This document shows positions 41,451-54,100 of a DNA stretch of 64,000 nt, one piece after another. The DNA is from Eledone cirrhosa (taxonomy: Eukaryota). Below the pieces are notes generated by a model. The model was not told where the DNA came from and made no database searches. It worked only from the letters and a program-made list of their open reading frames with translations. The stretch is taken from NCBI GenBank assembly GCA_964016885.1, contig OZ024742.1, positions 342,364,001 through 342,428,000 of the forward strand. Reading direction: 5' to 3'. The translations under genes and the position numbers were made by a program. Every line of letters begins with the position of its first letter. The first letter of the stretch is position 1.

Positions 41451-44400
41451 TGGTATGAAGTATGTGATCTCCAGTGGTATGATGTATGTGATCTTCAGTG
41501 GTATGAAGTATGTGATCTACAGTGGTATGAAGTATGTGATCTACAGTGGTATGAAGTGTGTGATCTACAGTGGTATGAAGTATGTGATATACAGTGGTAT
41601 GAAGTATGTGATCTCCAGTGGTATGAAGTATGTGATCTACAGTGGTATGAAGTATGTGATCTCCAGTGGTATGAAGTATGTGATCTACAGTGGTATGAAG
41701 TATGTGATCTACAGTGGTATGAAGTATGTCAGCTCCAGTGGTATGATGTATGTGATCTCCAGTGGTATGAAGTATGTGATCAACAGTGGTATGAAGTATG
41801 TGATCTCCTGTGGTATGAAGTATGTGATCTCCTGTGGTATGAAGTATGTGATCTCCAGTGGTATGAAGTATGTGATCTACAGTGGTATGAAGTATGTGAT
41901 GTCCAGTGGTATGAAGTATGTGATCTACAGTGGTATGAAGTATGTCAGCTCCAGTGGTATGAAGTATGTGATCTTCAGTGGTATGAAGTATGTGATCTCC
42001 AGTGGTATGAAGTATGTGATCTACAGTGATATGAGGTATGTGATCTACAGTGGTATGAAGTATGTGATCTCCTGTGATATGAAGTATGTGATCTACAGTG
42101 GTATGAAGTATGTGATCTACAGTGGTATGAAGTATGTGATCTCCAGTGGTATGAAGTATGTGATCTACAGTGGTATGAAGTATGTGATCTATAGTGGTAT
42201 GATGTATGTGATCTCCAGTGGTATGAAGTATGTGATCTCCATTGGTATGAAGTATGTGATCTCCAGTGGTATGAAGTATGTGATCTACAGTGGTATGAAG
42301 TATGTGATCTCCAGTGGTATGAAGTATGTGATCTACAGTGGTATGAAGTATGTGATCTACAGTGGTATGAAGTATGTGATCTCCAGTGGTATGAAGTATG
42401 TGATCTCCAGTGGTATGAAGTATGTGATCTCCAGTGGTATGAAGTATGTGATCTCCTGTGGTATGAAGTATGTGATCTACAGTGGTATGAAGTTTGTGAT
42501 CTCCAGTGGTATGAAGTATGTGATCTACAGTGGTATGAAGTATGTGATATCCTGTGGTATGAAGTGTGTGATCTACAATGGTATGAAGTATGTGATCTCC
42601 TGTGGTATGAAGTATGTGATCTCCAGTGGTATGAAGTGTGTGATCTCCTGTGGTATAAAGAATGTGATCTACAGTGGTATGAAATATGTGATCTCCAGTG
42701 GTATGAAGTATGTGATCTACAGTGGTATGAAGTATGTGATCTCCAGTGGTATGAAGTATGTGATCTACAGTGGTATGAAGTATGTGATCTCCAGTGTTAT
42801 GAAGTATGTGATCTACAGTGGTATGAAGTATGTGATATCCTGTGGTATGAAGTATGTGATATCCTGTGGTATGAAGTATGTGATCTCCAGTGGTATGAAG
42901 TATGTGATCTCCAGTGGTATGAAGTATGTGATCTCCAGTGGTATGAAGTATGTGATCTACAGTGGTATGAAGTATGTGATCTCCAGTGGTATGAAGTATG
43001 TGATCTCCAGTGGTATGAAGTATGTGATCTCCAGTGGTATGAAGTATGTAATCTCCAGTGGTATGAAGTATGTGATATCCTGTGGTATGAGGTATGTGAT
43101 CTACAGTGGTATGAAGTATGTGATCTCCAGTGGTATGAAGTATGTGATCTACAGTGGTATGAAGTATGTGATCTCCAGTGGTATGAAGTCTGTGATCTCC
43201 AGTGGTATGAAGTATGTGATCTTCAGTGGTATGAAGTATGTGATCTACAGTGGTATGAAGTATGTGAACTACAGTGGTATGAAGTGTGTGATCTACAGTG
43301 GTATAAAGTATGTGATCTACAGTGGTATGAAGTATGTGATCTACAGTGGTATGATGTATGTGATCTCCAGTGGTATGAAGTATGTGATCTACAGTGGTAT
43401 GAAGTATGTGATCTATAGTGGTATGATGTATGTGATCTCCAGTGGTATGAAGTATGTGATCTCCATTGGTATGAAGTATGTGATCTCCAGTGGTATGAAG
43501 TATGTGATCTACAGTGGTATGAAGTATGTGATCTCCAGTGGTATGAAGTATGTGATCTACAGTGGTATGAAGTATGTGATCTACAGTGGTATGAAGTATG
43601 TGATCTACAGTGGTATGAAGTATGTGATCTCCAGTGGTATGAAGTATGTGATCTCCAGTGGTATGAAGTGGGTGATCTACAGTGGTATGAAGTATGTGAT
43701 CTACAGTGGTATGAAGTATGTGATCTACAGTGGTATGAAGTATGTGATCTACAGTGGTATGAAGTATGTCAGCTCCAGTGGTATGATGTATGTGATCTCC
43801 AGTGGTATGAAGTATGTGATCAACAGTGGTATGAAGTATGTGATCTCCTGTGGTATGAAGTATGTGATCTCCTGTGGTATGAAGTATGTGATCTCCAGTG
43901 GTATGAAGTATGTGATCTACAGTGGTATGAAGTATGTGATGTCCAGTGGTATGAAGTATGTGATCTACAGTGGTATGAAATATGTCAGCTCCAGTGGTAT
44001 GAAGTATGTGATCTCCAGTGGTATAAAGTATGTGATCTCCAGTGGTATGAAGTATGTGATCTCCTGTGGTATGAAGTATGTGATCTCCAGTGGTATGAAA
44101 TATGTGATCTCCAGTGGTATGAAGTATGTGATATCCTGTGGTATGAAGTATGTGATCTACAGTGGTATGAAGTATGTGATCTCCAGTGGTATGAAGTATG
44201 TGATCTCCAGTGGTATGAAGTATGTGATCTACAGTGGTATGAAGTATGTGATCTACAGTGGTATGAAGTATGTGATCTACAGTGGTATGAAGTATGTGAT
44301 ATCCTGTGGTATGAAGTATGTGATCTCCAGTGGTATGAAGTATGTCAGCTCCACTGGTATGAAGTATGTGATCTACAGTGGTATGAAGTATGTGATATCC

Positions 44401-47400
44401 TGTGGTATGAAGTATGTGATGTCCAGTGGTATGAAGTATGTGATCTCCAGTGGTATGAAGTATGTCAGCTCCATTGGTATGAAGTATGTCAGCTCCAGTG
44501 GTATGAAGTATGTCAGCTCCTGTGGTATGAAGTATGTGATCTCCAGTGGTCTGAAGTATGTCAGCTCCAGTGGTATGAAGTATGTTAGCTCCAGTGGTAT
44601 GAAGTATGTGATATCCTGTGGTGTGACGTATGTGATCTCCAGTGGTATGAAGTATGTGATCTACAGTGGTATGAAGTATGTGATCTACAGTGGTATGAAG
44701 TATGTCAGCTCCAGTGGTATGAAGTATGTGATCTCCAGTGGTATGAAGTATGTGATCTTCAGTGGTATGAAGTATGTGATCTACAGTGGTATGAAGTATG
44801 TGATCTACAGTGGTATGAAGTGTGTGATCTACAGTGGTATGAAGTATGTGATATACAGTGGTATGAAGTATGTGATCTACAGTGGTATGAAGTATGTGAT
44901 CTACAGTGGTATGAATTATGTGATCTCCAGTGGTATGAAATATGTCAGCTCCAGTGGTATGAAGTATGTGATCTACAGTGGTATGAAGTATGTGATCTCC
45001 AGTGGTATGAAGTATGTGATCTACAGTGGTATGAAGTATGTGATCTACAGTGGTATGAAGTATGTGATCTCCAGTGGTATGAAGTATGTGATCTCCAGTG
45101 GTATGAAGTATGTGATCTCCAGTGGTAGGAAGTATGTGATCTACAGTGGTATGAAGTATGTGATCTCCAGTGGTATGAAGTATGTGATCTCCAGTGGTAT
45201 GAAGTATGTGATCTCCAGTGGTATGAAGTATGTAATCTCCAGTGGTATGAAGTATGTGATATCCTGTGGTATGAGGTATGTGATCTACAGTGGTATGAAG
45301 TATGTGATCTCCAGTGGTATGAAGTATGTGATCTACAGTGGTATGAAGTATGTGATCTCCAGTGGTATGAAGTATGTGATCTCCAGTGGTATGAAGTCTG
45401 TGATCTCCAGTGGTATGAAGTATGTAATCTTCAGTGGTATGAAGTATGTGATCTACAGTGGTATGAAGTATGTGATCTACAGTGGTATGAAGTGTGTGAT
45501 CTACAGTGGTATAAAGTATGTGATCTACAGTGGTATGAAGTATGTGATCTACAGTGGTATGATGTATGTGATCTCCAGTGGTATGAAGTATGTGATCTAC
45601 AGTGGTATGAAGTATGTGATCTATAGTGGTATGATGTATGTGATCTCCAGTGGTATGAAGTATGTGATCTCCATTGGTATGAAGTATGTGATCTCCAGTG
45701 GTATGAAGTATGTGATCTACAGTGGTATGAAGTATGTGATCTCCAGTGGTATGAAGTATGTGATCTACAGTGGTATGAAGTATGTGATCTACAGTGGTAT
45801 GAAGTATGTGATCTACAGTGGTATGAAGTATGTGATCTCCAGTGGTATGAAGTATGTGATCTCCAGTGGTATGAAGTGGGTGATCTACAGTGGTATGAAG
45901 TATGTGATCTACAGTGGTATGAAGTATGTGATCTACAGTGGTATGAAGTATGTGATCTACAGTGGTATGAATTATGTGATCTCCAGTGGTATGAAATATG
46001 TCAGCTCCAGTGGTATGAAGTATGTGATCTACAGTGGTATGAAGTATGTGATCTCCAGTGGTATGAAGTATGTGATCTACAGTGGTATGAAGTATGTGAT
46101 CTACAGTGGTATGAAGTATGTGATCTCCAGTGGTATGAAGTATGTGATCTCCAGTGGTATGAAGTATGTGATATCCTCTGGTATGAAGTATGTGATCTCC
46201 TGTGGTATGAGGTATGTGATCTCCAGTGGTATGAAGTATGTGATCTCCAGTGGTATGAAGTATGTGATCTACAGTGGTATGAAGTATGTGATCTCCAGTG
46301 GTATGAAGTATGTGATCTCCAGTGGTATGAAGTATGTGATCTCCAGTGGTATGATGTATGTGATCTTCAGTGGTATGAAGTATGTGATCTACAGTGGTAT
46401 GAAGTATGTGATCTACAGTGGTATGAAGTGTGTGATCTACAGTGGTATGAAGTATGTGATATACAGTGGTATGAAGTATGTGATCTCCAGTGGTATGAAG
46501 TATGTGATCTACAGTGGTATGAAGTATGTGATCTCCAGTGGTATGAAGTATGTGATCTACAGTGGTATGAAGTATGTGATCTACAGTGGTATGAAGTATG
46601 TCAGCTCCAGTGGTATGATGTATGTGATCTCCAGTGGTATGAAGTATGTGATCAACAGTGGTATGAAGTATGTGATCTCCTGTGGTATGAAGTATGTGAT
46701 CTCCTGTGGTATGAAGTATGTGATCTCCAGTGGTATGAAGTATGTGATCTACAGTGGTATGAAGTATGTGATGTCCAGTGGTATGAAGTATGTGATCTAC
46801 AGTGGTATGAAGTATGTCAGCTCCAGTGGTATGAAGTATGTGATCTTCAGTGGTATGAAGTATGTGATCTCCAGTGGTATGAAGTATGTGATCTACAGTG
46901 ATATGAGGTATGTGATCTACAGTGGTATGAAGTATGTGATCTCCTGTGATATGAAGTATGTGATCTACAGTGGTATGAAGTATGTGATCTACAGTGGTAT
47001 GAAGTATGTGATCTCCAGTGGTATGAAGTATGTGATCTACAGTGGTATGAAGTATGTGATCTATAGTGGTATGATGTATGTGATCTCCAGTGGTATGAAG
47101 TATGTGATCTCCATTGGTATGAAGTATGTGATCTCCAGTGGTATGAAGTATGTGATCTACAGTGGTATGAAGTATGTGATCTCCAGTGGTATGAAGTATG
47201 TGATCTACAGTGGTATGAAGTATGTGATCTACAGTGGTATGAAGTATGTGATCTCCAGTGGTATGAAGTATGTGATCTCCAGTGGTATGAAGTATGTGAT
47301 CTCCAGTGGTATGAAGTATGTGATCTCCTGTGGTATGAAGTATGTGATCTACAGTGGTATGAAGTTTGTGATCTCCAGTGGTATGAAGTATGTGATCTAC

Positions 47401-48635
47401 AGTGGTATGAAGTATGTGATATCCTGTGGTATGAAGTGTGTGATCTACAATGGTATGAAGTATGTGATCTCCTGTGGTATGAAGTATGTGATCTCCAGTG
47501 GTATGAAGTGTGTGATCTCCTGTGGTATAAAGAATGTGATCTACAGTGGTATGAAATATGTGATCTCCAGTGGTATGAAGTATGTGATCTACAGTGGTAT
47601 GAAGTATGTGATCTCCAGTGGTATGAAGTATGTGATCTACAGTGGTATGAAGTATGTGATCTCCAGTGTTATGAAGTATGTGATCTACAGTGGTATGAAG
47701 TATGTGATATCCTGTGGTATGAAGTATGTGATATCCTGTGGTATGAAGTATGTGATCTCCAGTGGTATGAAGTATGTGATCTCCAGTGGTATGAAGTATG
47801 TGATCTCCAGTGGTATGAAGTATGTGATCTACAGTGGTATGAAGTATGTGATCTCCAGTGGTATGAAGTATGTGATCTCCAGTGGTATGAAGTATGTGAT
47901 CTCCAGTGGTATGAAGTATGTAATCTCCAGTGGTATGAAGTATGTGATATCCTGTGGTATGAGGTATGTGATCTACAGTGGTATGAAGTATGTGATCTCC
48001 AGTGGTATGAAGTATGTGATCTACAGTGGTATGAAGTATGTGATCTCCAGTGGTATGAAGTCTGTGATCTCCAGTGGTATGAAGTATGTGATCTTCAGTG
48101 GTATGAAGTATGTGATCTACAGTGGTATGAAGTATGTGAACTACAGTGGTATGAAGTGTGTGATCTACAGTGGTATAAAGTATGTGATCTACAGTGGTAT
48201 GAAGTATGTGATCTACAGTGGTATGATGTATGTGATCTCCAGTGGTATGAAGTATGTGATCTACAGTGGTATGAAGTATGTGATCTATAGTGGTATGATG
48301 TATGTGATCTCCAGTGGTATGAAGTATGTGATCTCCATTGGTATGAAGTATGTGATCTCCAGTGGTATGAAGTATGTGATCTACAGTGGTATGAAGTATG
48401 TGATCTCCAGTGGTATGAAGTATGTGATCTACAGTGGTATGAAGTATGTGATCTACAGTGGTATGAAGTATGTGATCTACAGTGGTATGAAGTATGTGAT
48501 CTCCAGTGGTATGAAGTATGTGATCTCCAGTGGTATGAAGTGGGTGATCTACAGTGGTATGAAGTATGTGATCTACAGTGGTATGAAGTATGTGATCTAC
48601 AGTGGTATGAAGTATGTGATCTACAGTGGTATGAA
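38800..48635 (+). repeat. Tandem higher-order duplication, period 4872 bp (203 monomers), 2 essentially identical copies
   Basis: ORF pairs 39948/44820, 41004/45876 and 42564/47436 have identical translations; 43668/48540 has the same offset. Private variants GTGACG (about 39751/44623), GTAATCTTC (40552/45424) and GTGAACTAC (43264/48136) are shared. Confidence 0.95.
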
Positions 48636-51199
48636 TTATGTGATCTCCAGTGGTATGAAATATGTCAGCTCCAGTGGTATGAAGTATGTGATCTACAGTG
48701 GTATGAAGTATGTGATCTCCAGTGGTATGAAGTATGTGATCTACAGTGGTATGAAGTATGTGATCTACAGTGGTATGAAGTGTGATCTCCAGTGGTATGA
48801 AGTATGTGATCTCCAGTGGTATGAAGTATGTGATATCCTCTGGTATGAAGTATGTGATCTCCTGTGGTATGAGGTATGTGATCTCCAGTGGTATGAAGTA
48901 TGTGATCTCCAGTGGTATGAAGTATGTGATCTCCAGTGGTATGAAGTATGTGATCTTCAGTGGTATGAAGTATGTGATCTACAGTGGTATGAAGTATGTG
49001 ATCTACAGTGGTATGAAGTGTGTGATCTCCAGTGGTATGAAATATGTCAGCTCCAGTGGTATGAAGTATGTGATCTACAGTGGTATGAATTATGTGATCT
49101 CCAGTGGTTTGAAGTATGTGATCTCCAGTGGTATGAAGTATGTGATCTACAGTGGTATGAAGTATGTGATCTCCAGTGGTATGAAGTATGTGATCTACAG
49201 TGGTATGAAGTATGTGATCTACAGTGGTATGAAGTATGTCAGCTCCAGTGGTATGATGTATGTGATCTCCAGTGGTATGAAGTATGTGATCAACAGTGGT
49301 ATGAAGTATGTGATCTCCTGTGGTATGAAGTATGTGATCTCCTGTGGTATGAAGTATGTGATCTCCAGTGGTATGAAGTATGTGATCTACAGTGGTATGA
49401 AGTATGTGATGTCCAGTGGTATGAAGTATGTGATCTACAGTGGTATGAAGTATGTCAGCTCCAGTGGTATGAAGTATGTGATCTTCAGTGGTATGAAGTA
49501 TGTGATCTACAGTGGTATGAAGTATGTGATCTACAGTGGTATGAAGTGTGTGATCTACAGTGGTATGAAGTATGTGATCTACAGTGGTATGAAGTATGTG
49601 ATCTACAGTGGTATGAAGTATGTGATCTACAGTGGTATGAATTATGTGATCTCCAGTGGTATGAAATATGTCAGCTCCAGTGGTATGAAGTATGTGATCT
49701 ACAGTGGTATGAAGTATGTGATCTACAGTGGTATGAAGTATGTGATCTCCAGTGGTATGAAGTATGTGATCTCCAGTGGTATGAAGTATGTGATCTACAG
49801 TGGTATGAAGTATGTGATCTACAGTGGTATGAAGTATGTGATCTACAGTGGTATGAAGTATGTGATCTACAGTGGTATGAAGTATGTCAGCTCCAGTGGT
49901 ATGATGTATGTGATCTACAGTGGTATGAAGTATGTGATCAACAGTGGTATGAAGTATGTGATCTCCTGTGGTATGAAGTATGTGATCTCCTGTGGTATGA
50001 AGTATGTGATCTCCAGTGGTATGAAGTATGTGATCTACAGTGGTATGAAGTATGTGATGTCCAGTGGTATGAAGTATGTGATCTACAGTGGTATGAAGTA
50101 TGTCAGCTCCAGTGGTATGAAGTATGTGATCTCCAGTGGTATGAAGTATGTGATCTCCAGTGGTATGAAGTATGTGATCTCCTGTGGTATGAAGTATGTG
50201 ATCTCCAGTGGTATGAAATATGTGATCTCCAGTGGTATGAAGTATGTGATATCCTGTGGTATGAAGTATGTGATCTACAGTGGTATGAAGTATGTGATCT
50301 CCAGTGGTATGAAGTATGTGATCTCCAGTGGTATGAAGTATGTGATCTACAGTGGTATGAAGTATGTGATCTACAGTGGTATGAAGTATGTGATCTACAG
50401 TGGTATGAAGTATGTGATATCCTGTGGTATGAAGTATGTGATCTCCAGTGGTATGAAGTATGTCAGCTCCACTGGTATGAAGTATGTGATCTACAGTGGT
50501 ATGAAGTATGTGATATCCTGTGGTATGAAGTATGTGATGTCCAGTGGTATGAAGTATGTGATCTCCAGTGGTATGAAGTATGTCAGCTCCAGTGGTATGA
50601 AGTATGTCAGCTCCAGTGGTATGAAGTATGTCAGCTCCTGTGGTATGAAGTATGTGATCTCCAGTGGTCTGAAGTATGTCAGCTCCAGTGGTATGAAGTA
50701 TGTTAGCTCCAGTGGTATGAAGTATGTGATATCCTGTGGTATGACGTATGTGATCTCCAGTGGTATGAAGTATGTGATCTACAGTGGTATGAAGTATGTG
50801 ATCTACAGTGGTATGAAGTATGTCAGCTCCAGTGGTATGAAGTATGTGATCTCCAGTGGTATGAAGTATGTGATCTACAGTGGTATGAAGTATGTGATCT
50901 ACAGTGGTATGAAGTATGTGATCTACAGTGGTATGATGTATGTCAGCTCCAGTGGTATGAAGTATGTGATCTCCAGTGGTATGAAGTATGTGATCTACAG
51001 TGGTATGAAGTATGTGATCTACAGTGGTATGAAGTATGTGATCTACAGTGGTATGAAGTATGTCAGCTCCAGTGGTATGAAGTCTGTGATCTCCAGTGGT
51101 ATGAAGTATGTGATCTACAGTGGTATGAAGTATGTGATGTCCAGTGGTATGAAGTATGTGATCTCCAGTGGTATGAAGTATGTGATCTCCAATGGTATG

Positions 51200-54100
51200 T
51201 AGTATGTGATCTCCAGTGGTATGAAGTATGTGATCTTCAGTGGTATGAAGTATGTGATCTACAGTGGTATGAAGTATGTGATCTACAGTGGTATGAAGTG
51301 TGTGATCTACAGTGGTATGAAGTATGTGATCTACAGTGGTATGAAGTATGTGATCTACAGTGGTATGAATTATCTGATCTCCAGTGGTATGAAATATGTC
51401 AGCTCCAGTGGTATGAAGTAGGTGATCTACAGTGGTATGGAGTATGTGATCTACAGTGGTATGAAGTATGTGATCTCCAGTGGTATGAAGTATGTGATCT
51501 CCAGTGGTATGAAGTATGTGATCTACAGTGGTATGAAGTATGTGATCTCCAGTGGTATAAAGTATGTGATCTACAGTGGTATGAAGTATGTGATCTACAG
51601 TGGTATGAAGTATGTCAGCTCCAGTGGTATGATGTATGTGATCTCCAGTGGTATGAAGTATGTGATCAACAGTGGTATGAAGTATGTGATCTCCTGTGGT
51701 ATGAAGTATGTGATCTCCTGTGGTATGAAGTATGTGATCTCCAGTGGTATGAAGTATGTGATCTACAGTGGTATGAAGTATGTGATGTCCAGTGGTATGA
51801 TGTATGTGATCTACAGTGGTATGAAGTATGTCAGCTCCAGTGGTATGAAGTATGTGATCTCCAGTGGTATGAAGTATGTGATCTCCAGTGGTATGAAGTA
51901 TGTGATCTCCTGTGGTATGAAGTATGTGATCTCCAGTGGTATGAAATATGTGATCTCCAGTGGTATGAAGTATGTGATATCCTGTGGTATGAAGTATGTG
52001 ATCTACAGTGGTATGAAGTATGTGATCTCCAGTGGTATGAAGTATGTGATCTCCAGTGGTATGAAGTATGTGATCTACAGTGGTATGAAGTATGTGATCT
52101 ACAGTGGTATGAAGTATGTGATATCCTGTGGTATGAAGTATGTGATCTCCAGTGGTATGAAGTATGTCAGCTCCACTGGTATGAAGTATGTGATCTACAG
52201 TGGTATGAAGTATGTGATATCCTGTGGTATGAAGTATGTGATGTCCAGTGGTATGAAGTATGTGATCTCCAGTGGTATGAAGTATGTCAGCTCCAGTGGT
52301 ATGAAGTATGTCAGCTCCAGTGGTATGAAGTATGTCAGCTCCTGTGGTATGAAGTATGTGATCTCCAGTGGTATGAAGTATGTTAGCTCCAGTGGTATGA
52401 AGTATGTTAGCTCCAGTGGTATGAAGTATGTGATATCCTGTGGTATGAAGTATGTGATCTCCAGTGGTATGAAGTATGTGATCTACAGTGGTATGAAGTA
52501 TGTGATCTACAGTGGTATGATGTATGTCAGCTCCAGTGGTATGAAGTATGTGATCTACAGTGGTATGAAGTATGTGATCTACAGTGGTATGAAGTATGTC
52601 ATATCCTGTGGTATGAAGTATGTGATCTACAGTGGTATGAAGTATGTGATATCCTGTTGTATTAAGTATGTGATCTCCAGTGGTATGAAGTATGTGATAT
52701 CCTGTGGTATGAAGTATGTGATCTCCAGTTGTATGGTATGTGATCTACAGTGGTATGAAGTATGTGATCTCCAGTGTTATGAAGTATGTGATCTACAGCG
52801 GTATGAAGTATGTGATATGCAGTGGTATGAAGTATGTCAGCTCTAGTGGTATGAACTATGTGATCTACAGTGGTATGAAGTATGTCAGCTCCAGTGGTAT
52901 GAAGTATGTGATATCCTGTGGTATGAAGTATGTGATCTACAGTGGTATGAAGTATGTCAGCTCCAGTGGTATGAAGTATGTGATCTCCAGTGGTATGAAG
53001 TATGTGATCTCCTGTGTTATGAAATATGTGATCTACAGTGGTATGAAGTATGTGATCTACAGTGGTATGAAGTATGTGATATCCAGTGGTATGAAGTATG
53101 TGATCTCCAGTGGTATGAAGTATGTAATCTCCAGTGGTATGAAGTATGTGATATCCTGTGGTATGAAGTATGTGATCTCCTGTGGTATGAGGTATGTGAT
53201 CTACAGTGGTATGAAGTATGTGATCTCCAGTGGTATGAAGTATGTGATCTCCAGTGGTATGAAGTATGTGATCTAAAGTGGTATGAAGTATGTGATCTCC
53301 AGTGGTATGAAGTATGTAATCTACAGTGGTGTGAAGTATGTGATCTACAGTGGTATGAAGTATGTGATCTCCAGTGGTATGAAGTATGTGATCTCCAGTG
53401 GTATGAAGTATGTGATATCCTGTGGTATGAAGTATGTGATCTCCTGTGGTATGAGGTATGTGATCTACAGTGGTATGAAGTATTTGATCTCCAGTGGTAT
53501 GAAGTATGTGATCTCCAGTGGTATGAAGTATGTGATCTACAGTGGTATGAAGTATGTGATCTCCAGTGGTATGAAGTATGTGATCTCCAGTGGTATGAAG
53601 TATGTGATCTCCAGTGGTATGAAGTATGTGATCTTCAGTGGTATGAAGTATGTGATCTACAGTGGTATGAAGTATGTGATCTACAGTGGTATGAAGTGTG
53701 TGATCTACAGTGGTATGAAGAATGTGATCTACAGTGGTATGAAGTATGTGATCTACAGTGGTATGAAGTATGTGATCTACAGTGGTATGAATTATGTGAT
53801 CTCCAGTGGTATGAAATATGTCAGCTCCAGTGGTATGAAGTATGTGATCTACAGTGGTATGAAGTATGTGATCTACAGTGGTATGAAGTATTTGATCTCC
53901 AGTGGTATGAAGTATGTGATCTCCAGTGGTATGAAGTATGTGATCTACAGTGGTATGAAGTATGTGATCTCCAGTGGTATGAAGTATGTGATCTACAGTG
54001 GTATGAAGTATGTGATCTACAGTGGTATGAAGTATGTCAGCTCCAGTGGTATGATGTATGTGATCTCCAGTGGTATGATGTATGTGATCAACTGTGGTAT

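Noticed and set aside
24064-50706. 8,880-aa ORF and the other MKYVI(S/Y)SG or WYEVCDLQ ORFs as real genes
   Set aside because: They are translations of a 24-bp repeat whose consensus is stop-free in four frames. Overlapping ORFs occur on both strands, switch peptide at indels and have no unique domain, signal peptide or terminus.
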